From assembly GCF_009914755.1 (NCBI RefSeq), contig NC_060937.1: a stretch of 64,000 nucleotides of DNA; one strand, given 5' to 3'. The notes beneath the pieces were generated by a model. The model made no database searches. It was not told where the DNA came from and saw only the letters and a program-made list of their open reading frames with translations. This DNA is from the human T2T-CHM13v2.0 reference genome, Homo sapiens. Shown piece by piece: positions 40,161-51,826 of this stretch. Each line of letters begins with the position of its first letter. Positions within the stretch are counted from its first letter, which is position 1. A program made the translations under genes and the position numbers.

Positions 40161-41383
40161 GAATGGAATGGAGTGGAATGGAGTGGAGTGGAACGGAATG
40201 GAATGGAATCGATTGGAGTGAAATGGAGTGGAATGGAAGGGATTGGAATGGAGTGGAGTGGATTAGAATGTATTGGAGTGGAATGCAATGGAGTGGAATG
40301 CAATGGAGTGGAACGGTATGGAATGGAATGTAGTGGAATGGAATGAAATGGAATGGAATGGAGTGTAATCGTATGGAATAGAATGGAATGGACTGGATTG
40401 GAGTTGAATGGAATGGAATGGAGTGGATTACAATGGAGTGGAATGCAGTGAATTGGAATGGGGAGGAATGGAATGGTGTGGAGTGGAATGGAATGGAGTG
40501 GAGCTGAATACAATGCAGAGGAGTGGAATGGAATGGAGTGGCATGGAATGGATTGGAACGGAATGGAAAGGAATGCAGTGGTGTGGAATGGCATGGAATG
40601 GAATGTAATGGGATGCAATGGAATGGAATGGAATTGAGTGGAGTGGATTGGAATAGAATGGAATGGAATGGAGTGGATGAACAGGAATGGAATGGAATGA
40701 AATTTAGTGAAATATAGAATAATGGAGTGGAGTGGAATGAAACAGAGCAGCGTGTAATGGACTGGATTGGAATGGAATGGAGTGGATTGGAATGGAGAGA
40801 AGTTGAATAGAGTGGAGTGGAGTGGAATGGAGTGGAATCGAGTGGAATGGAATGGAATGGAAAGGAGTGGAGTGGACTGGAGTGGAGTGGAATGGATTGG
40901 AGTGGAATGGTATGGAGTAGAGTGGAGTAGAATGGAGTGGACTAGAGTGCAGTGGATTGGAGTGGAATATAAAGGAATGGCATGCAGTGGTGTGGAGTAT
41001 AGTCGAGTGATGTGGAATGGAGGGGAGTGGAATGGAATGGAATGGAGTGGAATGGAATGGAACGGAACGGAACGGAACGGAATGGAATGGAATGGAATGG
41101 AATGGAGTGGAGTGGAATGGAATGCTATGGAGTGGAATTTACTGGAAAGGAGTGGAATTAACTGGAGTGGACTGGAATTGAATGGAGTGGAAGGGAATGG
41201 AATGAAGAGGAATGGAGTGAAGTGGAGTGGAGAGGAATAGAGTGGAGTGGAGTGGAGTGGAGTGGAATGGTGGAGTGGAGTGGAATGGAATGGAGTGGAG
41301 TGGAATGGAATGGAGTGGCTTGGAGTGGAGTTGAGTTGAATCAAATTTAACTGAACGGAATGGAATGCAATGGAATGGAATGG

Positions 41384-44300
41384 GTGCGGAGATTGTGTAA
41401 CTGCGTTACAGCCTGTGTGACAGAGAGAAATCATGTCCAAAGAAAGGAGTGTAATGGGGTGGGATGGAGTTGAGTGGAATGGAATGGAGTGGCGTGGAAT
41501 GGAGTGGAGTGGAGTGGAATGGAGTGGAGAGGAATGGAGTGGAATGGAATTGAGTGGAGTGAAATGGAATGGAGCGGAATGGACTGAAATTGAATGGATC
41601 GTTGAGTGGAGTGGAGTGGAATGGGGTGGAGTGGAGTGGAATGGAGTGGAATGGAATGGAGTGGAGTGAAACGGAATGGAGCAGAGCGGAGTGAAATGGA
41701 ATGGATCAGAGAGGAGAGGAATTGAATGGAGTGGAGTGGTATGGACTGGAATTGAGTGGAATGGACTGGAGTGAAATGGAATAGAATGGAGTGGAAGGGA
41801 ATGGAGTGGAGTGTGGTGGAATGGAGTGGAGTGGAGTGGAGTTGAGTGGAATTGAATGGAGTGCAGTGGAATAGAATGGAATGGAGTTAACTGGAATTTT
41901 CTGGAATGGAGTGGAATGGACTGGAGTGCAATGGAATGGTGTGGAATGAAATGGAATGGAGTGTAACGGAGTGTAGTGCAGTAGAGTGGAGTGGAATGGA
42001 GAGGCCTGGAGTGGAGTGGAGTGGTATGGAATGGAATAGAACGGGGTCGAGTGGAATGGAATGGAGTGTTGTGGACTGGAGTGGAGTAGAGTGGAATGGA
42101 ATGGAGTGGTGTGGAGTGGAGTGGAGTACAGTGAAGTGGAGTGCAATGGAATGGAATGGTATGGAGTACAGTGAAATAGAGTGGAATGGAATGGAGTGGA
42201 TTGGAATGTAGTGGTGTGCAATGGAACCGAATGGAGTGGAGTGGAGTAGAATGGAGTGGAGTGGAATGGAATGCAACGGAATGCAGTGGAGTGGAATGGA
42301 ATGGAGTGGCGTGGAATAGATTTGAGTGAAATTGAAAGGAATGGAATGGAATGTCATGGAATGGAATGGAATGGGTGTTGAGATTGTGCCATTGTGCTAC
42401 AGCCTGTGTGACAGAGGGAGATCCTGTATAAAGAAAGGTGTGGATTTGGATGGAGTGGAGAGGAGTGGAGTGGAGTGGAATGGAGAGGAACGGAGTGGTG
42501 TGGAGTGGAATGGAGGGGAGTGGAGTGCAGTGGAGTGGAATGGATGGGAGTGGAGTGCAGTGGAGTGGAATGGAGAGGAACGGAGTGGTGTGGATTGGAA
42601 TGGAGTGGAGTGGAGTGGAGTGGAGTGGAATGGAGTGGAGTGGACTGGAGTGGAGTGGAGTGGAATGGAGTGGAGTGGAGTGGAGTGGAGTGGAATGGAG
42701 TTCAGTGGGGTGGGGTGGAGTGGAATGGAGTAGAAAGGAATGGAGTGGAGTGTGGTGGAGTGGAGTGGAGTGGAGTTTAATGGAATGGATTGGAGTGGAA
42801 TGGAATAGAATGGAGTGGAGTGGAATGGATTGGAGTGTTGTGGATTGGAGAGAAGTGGAATGGCATGGAGTGGAATGGAATGGCATGGAGTGGAGTAGAG
42901 AGGAGTGGAGAGGACTAAAGTGGAGTGGAATGGAATGGAGTGGAATGAAGTGGAATGTAGTGCAGTGCAGTGGAGAGTAGTGGAATGGACAGGAATGGAA
43001 TCTTATGTAATGGAATGTAGTGGAGTGGAGTGGAATGGAGTGGAGTGGAGTGTGGTGGAACAGAATGGAACGGAATAGAGTGCAACGGAATGGAACAGAA
43101 CGGGTGCTGAGATTGTGCCACTGCGCTACAGCCTGTGTGACGGAGGGAGATCCTGTCGAATAAAAGGAGTGGAATGGGATGGAGTGGAGTGCAGTGGAGT
43201 GGTATGGAGTGGAGTGGAGTGGAATGGAATAGAATGGAATGAAATGCGTGCTGAGATTGTGCCACTGCACAACACCCTGTTTGACAGAAGGAGACCCTGT
43301 CGAAAGAAAGGAGTGGAATGGGTTGGAGTGCAGTGTAGTGTAGTGGAGTGTAGTGGAATGGAGTGGAGTGGAGTGGAATGGAGTGGAGTGGAGTGGAATG
43401 GAGTGGAATTCAGTGGAGTGGATTGTAATGGAGTGGAGTGGAGTGGAATCGAGTGGAGAAGAGTCGAATGGAATGGAGTGCAGTGAAATGGAAAGAACGG
43501 GACTGTAGTGGAATGGAGTGGAGTGGAGTTGAATGGAATGGAATGGTGCGTAATGGAATGGACTGGAATGCAGTTGAATGGAATGGAGTGGAGTGGAACA
43601 AAATGGAATGGAAGGAACCAGAATGAAACGGAACAAAATGTGTGCTGAGATTGTGTCACTGTGCTACAGCCTGTGTGACAGAGGGAGGTCCTGTCGAAAG
43701 AAAGGAGTGAAATGGAATGGAATGGGGTGGAGTGGAGTGGAGTGGAGCAGAACGGAGTGGAGTGTAGTGGAGTGGAATGCAGTGGAGTGGAGTGGAATGG
43801 AGTGGAGAGGAGTGGATGGAGTGGAGTGGATTGGAATGGAGTGGAATCGATTGGAATGGACTTGAGTGGAATGGAATGGACTGGAGTGGAATGGAATGGA
43901 ATGGAGTGGAATGGAATGGAGTGAAGTGGAGTGGAATGGATTGCAGTGGAGTGGAGTGGAGAGGAATTGTGTGTAATGGAACAGGGTGGAGTGGAATGGA
44001 ATGGAATGGAGTGGAGTGGAATTTACTGGAGTAGAGTGGTATGGACTAGAGTGGAATGGAATGGAATGGAGTGGAACGGAATGGAATGAGTGGAGTGGAG
44101 TGGAATGTCGTGGAGTGGAGTAGAATGGAGTGGAGTGGAATGGAATGCAACGGAATGAAGTTGAGTGGAATGGAATGGAGTGGTGTGGAGTAGACTTGAG
44201 TGAAACGGAAAGGAATGGAGTAGAATGCAATGGAATGGAAAGGAATAGGTGTTGAGATTTTGCCATTGCTCTACAGCCTGTGTGACAGAGGGAGAACCTG

Positions 44301-47300
44301 TCGAGCGAAAGGAGTGGAATGGGATGGAGTGGAGTGAAGTGGAGTGTAGTGGAGTGGAATGGAGAGGAACAGAGTGGTGTGGAGGGGAATGAAGTGGAGT
44401 GGAGTGGAATGGAGTGCAGTGGAGTGGGGTGGAGTGGAATTGAGTAGAAAGGAATGGAGTGGAGTGTGGTGGAATGGAGTGGAGTGGAGTTTAATGAAAT
44501 GGATTGGAATGGAATGGAATGGAATGGAGTGGAGTGGAGTGGAGTGGAATGGATTGGAGTCGAGTGGAGTGGAGAGCAGTGGAATGGAGTGGAATGGAAT
44601 GGAATGGAATGGAATGTAGTGGAATGGAATGGAATGGAATGGAATGTAGTGGAGTGGAATGGAATGGAATGGAATGTAGTGGAATGGAATGGAATGGAAT
44701 GGAATGTAGTGCAATGGAATGGAATGGAATGGAATACAATGGAGTGGAGTGGAATGGAATGGTGTGGAGTGGAGCAGAAAGGAATGGAGTGGAACGGAAT
44801 GAAGTGGAGTGGAGTTGAGTCGAATGGAGTGAAATGGAATGAACTGGAATGAAATGGAGAGGAGTGGAATGGAATGGATAGGCGCGGATTGGAGTAGAGT
44901 AGAATAGAATGGGATGGAATGAAATGGAGTGGAGGGGAGTGGAATTTAGTGGAGTGGAGTGGAATTGAGTGGAGGGTAGTGGAGAGCAGTGGAATGGAAT
45001 GGAATGGAATGGAATAGAATAGAATAAGTGCAGAGTTTGAGCCACTGCACTGCATCCTGTGTGACAGAGGGAGATTCTGGCGAAAGAAAGAATTGGAATG
45101 GGAAGGAGTGTTGTGGATTGGAGTTCAGTGGAATGGAGTGGAATGGAGTGGAGTGGAGTGGAGTGGAATGGAGTGGAATGGAGTGGAATGGAATGGAATG
45201 GAATGGAGTGGAGTGGAATGAAACAGAATATAGTGGAATGGAGTGGAGTGGAATGTACTGGAGTGGAGTGGAATTGACTTGAGTGGAAATGATTGGAATG
45301 GAGTGGTGTGGAATGGATTGGAGTGTGGTGGAATAGAGTGGAGCGTAGTGGAGTGTAGTGGAGTTGAATGGAATGGAACGGAGTGGCGTGGAATTGAATG
45401 GAATGGAATGGAGTGGAATTTACTGGAACGGTGTGGAATGGGCTGGAGTTGAATGGAACGGAACGGATTTTAAAGGAAAGGAATGGAGTGGAATGGAGTG
45501 TAGTGGAGTTGAGTGGAGTTGAATGGAGTGTAGTGGACTGGAGTGCAGTGGAGTCCAGTGTAATGGAATGGAAATCTATGGACTGCAGTGGAATGAAATG
45601 CAGTGGTTTTGAGTGGAGTGTAGTGGAATAGAATGGAATGGAATGGAAAGGTGGAGTGGAGTGGAATTCAGTGGAGTGGATTGCAGTGGAATGGAACGGA
45701 ATGGAATGCAATGTAGTGGAGTTGTTTAGAGTGGAGTGGATTGGAAAGGAATGGAAAGAAATGGAGTGGAATGGAGTGCAGTAGAGTTGAGAGGAGCGGA
45801 ATGGATTGGAATGGAATCAGATGTAATGGAATGTGGTGGAGTTGAGTTGAGTGGAGTGGAACGGAATGGAAAGGAACAAAACATAATGGAACGGAATGGA
45901 ATGTGTGCTGAGATTGTGCCACTGCGCTACAGCCTGTTTGACAGAGGGAGAGCCTGTTGAAAGAAAGGAGTGGAATGGGATTGGGTGGAGTGCGGTGGAG
46001 TGGAGTGGAGTGGAATGGAGTGGAGTGGAGTGGATTGGAGAGGAGTGGATGGAGTGGAGTGGAGTGGAATGGAATGGGGATAAGAGGAAAGGAATGTAGT
46101 GTAGTGGAATGGAAAGGCCTGAAGTGGAATGGAATGCAATGGAGTGGAATGGAATGGATTGGAGTGGAATGGAGTGGAGTGGAGTGGAATTGAGTGGAAT
46201 GCAATGCAGTGGAGTGGAAGGGAATTAAATGGAATGGGGTATAATTGACTGGAATGGAGTGGAATGGACTGGAGTGGAATGGATTAGAAAGGAGTGGACT
46301 GGAATGCAATGGAGTGGAGTGGAGAGGTGTGGAGAGGAGTGGATTGGAGTGCAATGGAGGGCAATGGAGTGGAGTGTAGTCGAGTGGTGTGTAATGGAGT
46401 GTAGTAGAGTGGAATGGAATGGAGGGGAGTGGAATGGAATGGAGTGGGGTGGAGTGGAGTTGAGTGGAATGTAATATAATGGAATGGAATAGAATAGAAT
46501 GGAATGGAATGGGTGCTGCGATTGTGCCACTGCACTACAGTGTGACAGACGGAGATCCTGTCGAAAGAAAAGAGTGGAATGTGATGGAGTGTAGCGGAGT
46601 GCAGTGAAGTGGAATGGAGTTGAGTGGAATGGATTGGAGTGGAGTGTAAAGGACTGGAGTGGAGTGGAATGGACTCGAGTGGAGTGGAGTGGACTGGAAA
46701 GAAATGGAATGGAATGAAATGGAATGGAATGCACTGGAATGGAATGGAATGGTGTGGAATGGAATGGGTGCTGAGATTGTGACACTGCACTGCAGCCTGT
46801 GTGACAGAGGGAGACCCTGTCGAATGAAAAGAGTGGAATGCGATGTAGTGGACTGGAGTGGATTGGAGTGGAGTGGAGTAGAATGGAGTGGAGTGGAGTG
46901 CACTGGAGTTGAGTGGAGTAGAGTGGACTGGAATGGAATGGAATGGAGTGGAGTGTAATTGAATGAAGTGGTGTGGAAGAGAGTGGAGAGAAATGTAATG
47001 GAATGGAATGGAACTGAATGGAGAGGGGTGGAGTGGAGTGCAGTGCAATGTAATGTAATGTAATGGAATGGAATGGAAAGGAGTGGAGTGGAATGGAGTG
47101 CAATGGAATGGAGTGCAATGGATGAAGTGGAGTGGAGTGCAGTGGAGTGGAATGGAGTGGAATGAACTGGAATGGAATGGAGTGGAGTGGAATGGAATGG
47201 AGAGGTGTGAAGTGGAGTAGAGTGGAATGAAATGGAATGTAATAAAGTAGATTGGTGTGGAGTGGAATTGAGTGGAGTGCAGTGAAATGGAATGCAATGG

Positions 47301-49066
47301 AATGGAATGGAGTGGAGTTGAGTGGGGTGGAGTGGAAACGAATGGAGTGGAATGAAGTGCAGTGAAGTGGAGTGGAGCCAAATGGAGTGGAATGGAATCC
47401 GATGTAATGGAATATAGTGGAGGGGAGTGCAGTGGAGTGGAAAGGAATGGAACGGAACAGAATGGAATGGAACGGAATGAAATGTGTGCTGTAATCACGC
47501 CACTAAGCTACTGCCTGTGTGATAGAGGGAGATCCTGTCGAGAGAAAGGAGTATAATGGGATTGAGTGGAGTGGAGTGGAGTGGAATGGAGTGGAGAGGA
47601 GTGGAGTGATGTGGAATGGTGGGGAGTGGAGTTTAATGGATTAGAGTTGAGTGGAATGCAATGGAATGGAGAGGAGTGGAATGGGATGGAGTGGAGTGGA
47701 ATGGACTGGAGCAGGGTGAAATGGACTGGAGTGGAATTGAATGGAATGGAGTGGAGTGGAATGGAAAGGAATGGAGTAGAATGGAGTGGAGTGGAGTGGA
47801 GTGCAATGGAGTGTGGTGGAATGCAATGGAGTATAGCGGAATAGAATGGAGTGGAGTGGAATTTACTGGAATGGAGTGGAATGGACTGGAGTCAACTGGA
47901 ATGGAGTTGAGTGGAGTGGAATGGAGTTGAGTGGAGTGGAATGGAATGGAGTGGAGTGGAGTGGAATGGAATGGAGTGCAGTGGAGTGGAGTGGAGTGAA
48001 ATGGAGTGGAGTGGAGTGCAATGGAGTGTGGTGGAATGCAATGGAGTGGAGTGGAATAGAATGGAGTGGAGTGGAATTCACTGGAATGGAGTGGAATGGA
48101 CTGGAGTCGACTAGAATGGAGTTGAGTGGAATGGAATGGAGTTGAGTGGAGTGGAATGGAATGGAGTGGAGTGGAGTGGAGTGGAATGGAATAGAGTGGA
48201 GTGGAGTGGAGTGAAATGGAGTTGAATGGAATGGAATGGAATGAAATGGATACTTAGACTGTGCCACTGTGCTACAGCCTATGTGACAGTAGGGGAACCT
48301 GTCAAAAGAAAGGAGTGGAATGGGAAGGAGTGTAGTGGAGTGTTGTGGAGTGGAGTGGAGTGGAATTGGAGATTAATGTAACGGAGTGGAGTGGAATGGA
48401 ATGGAATGGAGTGGAGTGGAATGGATTGGAGTGGAGTGGGGTGGAGAGCAGTGCAATGGAGTGGAGTGGAATGGAATGGAATGGAATGTAGTGGACTGGA
48501 ATGGAATGGAGTTGCGTGGAGTGGAGTTCAGTGGAATTGAATGGAATGGAATGGAACTGAGTGGAATGGAATGGAATGGAATTGGTGCTGAGATTGTGCC
48601 ACTGCTCTACAGCCTGTGTGATAGAGGGAGATTCTGTCGAAAGAAATAATTCTAATGGGAAGAAGTGGAGTGGATTGGAGTTGAGTGGAATGGAATGGAA
48701 TTGACTGAAGTGAAATGGAATGGAATGAATGGTAAAGGAATAGAATGGAGTGGAGTGTGGTGGAATGGAATGGAGTGTAGTGAAGTGCAGTGCAGTTGAG
48801 TGGAATGGAATGGAGTGGAGTGAAATGGAGTGGAAAGGAGTTGAGTGCAATTTACTTGAAAGGAGTGGAATGGAATGGAGTGGAATGGAAACACAAGGAG
48901 TTGAATGGCGTGTAGTGGAGTGGAGTGGAGTGGAGTGGAATGGAATAGAGTGGAGTGGAGTGGAGTGAAATGGAGTGGAATGGAATGGAATGGAATGAAA
49001 TGGATACTTAGATTTTGCCACTGCACTACAGCCTGTGTGACAGAGGGAGATCCTGTCAAAAGAAAG
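41384..49066 (+). repeat. Composite satellite: type-A Alu 3'-end fragments (14 copies) embedded in GGAAT/GGAGT satellite
   Basis: By-eye consensus GTGCTGAGATTGTGCCACTG(C/T)(G/A)CTACAGCCTGTGTGACAGAGGGAGATCCTGTCGAAAGAAAGG at ~41384, 42375, 43104, 43248, 43642, 44249, 45028, 45905, 46513, 46768, 47486, 48249, 48585, 49003. Confidence 0.92.
47790..48140 (+). repeat. ~215-bp tandem duplication
   Basis: GTGCAATGGAGTGTGGTGGAATGCAATGGAGT...GAATT(T/C)ACTGGAATGGAGTGGAATGGACTGGAGTC at 47801 and 48016. Confidence 0.8.
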
Positions 49067-51770
49067 AATTGTAATAGGAAGGAGTGGAGTGGATTGGAGT
49101 TGAGTGAAATGGAGTGGAATGGAACGGAGTGGAGTGGAGTGGAGTTGAATGGAATGGGGTGGAGTGGAATGGAGTTGAGTGGAATGGAGTGGAATGGAAT
49201 CTGATGGAATGGAATGGAATGGAATGGAATGGAATGGAATGGAATGGAATGGAATGGATTATGGTGGAGTGGAGTGGATTGGAGTGGACTAGAATGGATT
49301 GGAGTGCAATGAAATGGGATGGAATGGAATGCCATCGAGTGCAGTGGAGTGGAGTGGACTGGAGTGGCGGAGAGTGGAACGGAGTCGAGTGGAATAGAAT
49401 GGAGTGGAATAGAATGGAATGGAATGCAATGGAATGGAATGCAAAGGAATGGAATGCAATGGAATAGAATGGAATGGAATGGTGAAATGAAATGTGAGCC
49501 GAATTTGTGCCACAGCAAGCCAGCCTGGGTGACAGAGTGAGATGCTGTTGAAAGAAAGAAATGGAATGGAATGGAGTGGAGTGGAGCGGTGTGGAGTGGA
49601 GTGGTGTGGAGTGGAATGGAATGGGATGGACTGTAATGGAATGGAGTGCAGTGGAGTGGAGTGGCAGAGAGTGGAATGGAGTCACGTGGAATGGAATGGA
49701 ATGGAATGGAGTGGAATGGAGTGGAATAGAATGGAAAGGAGTGGAGTGGAGTGCAGTGGAGTGGAGTGGAGTAAAGTGCAGTGGAGTGGAGTGGAGTGGA
49801 ATGGAATGGAATGGATTAGTGAAATGAAATGTAAGCTGAGATTCTGCCACAGTACTCCAGAAAGGGCGACAGAGTGACATCCTGTCGAATGTAAGGAAAG
49901 TAATTGAGTGGATTGGAATGGAATGGAGTGTAGTGGAGTGGATAGGAGTGTAGTGGAGTGGAATGGAGTGGAGAGGAATGGAATGGAAGGGAGTGGAGAG
50001 GAGTGAACGGGAGTGTAGAGGAATGTAATGGGATGGAATCCAATGGAATGAAATGGAGGGGAGTGGAGTGGAGTGTTGGGGAGAGGAATGGAGTGGTATG
50101 GAATTGGATGGAATTGAATGTAGTGGAGTGGAGTGGCATGGAGAGGAGTGGAGTAGACTGGAGTGGAATGGCACGAAATTGAATGGAGTGGAGCCGAGTG
50201 GAGTGGAGTGGAGTGCAGTGGAGTGGAATGGAATATAGTGGAATGGAAATGAATGGAATGGAAAGGAATGTAATGGAATAGAGATGAATGATGAAATGAA
50301 ATATGAGCTGAGATTGTAACACTGCACTCCAGCCAGTGTGACAGAGTGAAATACTGTCGAAAGAAAGGAATGGAATGGACAGGTGAAGAATGGAATGGAA
50401 TGGAATGGAGTGGAGTGGAGTGCATTATATTGGATTGGAGTGGAATGGAAAGGGATGGAATGGGATGGAGTGGAGTGGAGTGGAGTTGAATGGAACGGTG
50501 TTGTATGGAATGGAATGGAATGGAATTGAATGGAATGCAGTGGAGTAGAGTGGAGTGGAATTCGCAGGAGTGGAATGGAAAGGCATGGAATGGAATTGAA
50601 TGCGTTGCAATGGAATGGAATGCAATGGAATGGAATGGAATGCAATGGAATGGAATGGTGAAATGAAATGTGAGCTGAGATACTACCACTGCACTCCAGC
50701 CTGGGTGACACAGTGAGATCCTCTCAAAAGAGAGGAGAGGAATGGAATGGAATGGAGTGAAATGTAATGGAATGGAATGGAATGAAATGGAATGGAATGG
50801 AATGGCATGGAATGGAATGGAGTGGAGTGGAGTGGAATGAAATAGAATGGAGTGGAATGGAATGGGATGGAGTGGAAAGAATGGAGTGGAGGTGAGTGGA
50901 GTGGACGGGAGTGGAGTGGAGAGAAATGGAGTGAAATGGAATGGGATGGAATGGAATGGAGTGGAGTGGATTGGAGTGAAGTGGAGTGGAGTGGAGTGGA
51001 GTTGACTGGAGTGGAGTGGAATGGAGTGGAATGCAATGGAATGGAATGGTATGGAATGGAACGGGGGAGGGGAGTGGAGTGGAGTGGAGTGGAATTGAGT
51101 GTAGTGGCACGGAATGGAATGGAAAGGAAAGGAATACAATGGAATGGTGAAATGAAATGTGAGCTGAGATTGTGCCCCTGTATTCCAGCCTTTTTTGACA
51201 CAGTGATATCCCGTCGAAAGGAGGGAATGGAATGGAATGCGGTGGAATGGAATGTGATGGAATTGAATGAAATGGAATGGAATGGGGTTTAATGGAATGG
51301 AATGGAATGGAATGGAATGGAATGGAATGGAATGGAATGGAGAAATTAAATGTGAGCTAAGATTGTGCCACTGCACTCCAGTCTGGGTGACAGAGTGAGA
51401 TCCATTTCGAAATAATGGAATGGAATGGAATGGAGTAGAGTGGAATGACTGCAGTGGCGTGGAATGGAGTGGAGTGGCGTGGAGTGAAGTTGAGTGGAGT
51501 GGAGTGGAATGGAATTTAGGGGAATGGAATGGAATGGTGAAATGAAATGTGAGCTGGGATTTTGTAATTGCACTCCATTTTGGGTGACAGAGTGAGATCC
51601 TGTCGAAAGAAAATAATGGAATGAAATGGAGTGGAAAAGAATGGAATAGAATGGAGTGGAGTGGAGTGGAGTGGAGTGGAGTGGAGTGGAATGGAATTTA
51701 GGGGAATGGAATGGAATGGAAGGGTAGGGAAGGGAATGGAATGGAAGGGAAGGGAATGGGGAAATGAAAT

Positions 51771-51826
51771 GTGAGCTGACATTGTGGCACTGCACTCCAG
51801 CCTGGGTGACAGAGTGAGATCCTGTC
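51771..51826 (+). mobile_element. Representative Alu right-arm 3' fragment (56 bp, non-autonomous remnant)
   Basis: GTGAGCTGACATTGTGGCACTGCACTCCAGCCTGGGTGACAGAGTGAGATCCTGTC aligns to the Alu consensus end recalled as GTGAGCCGAGATCGCGCCACTGCACTCCAGCCTGGGCGACAGAGCGAGAC...GTCTC. Antisense translations give the typical Alu peptide LSPRLECSG. Confidence 0.93.

Larger units (their letters stand above)
7131..41383 (+). repeat. Diverged GGAGT-rich GGAAT/GGAGT satellite domain without Alu fragments
   Basis: GGAGT approaches GGAAT in frequency by eye, with heavy point divergence. No CAACCCGAGT motif or Alu fragment was seen. Confidence 0.88.
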
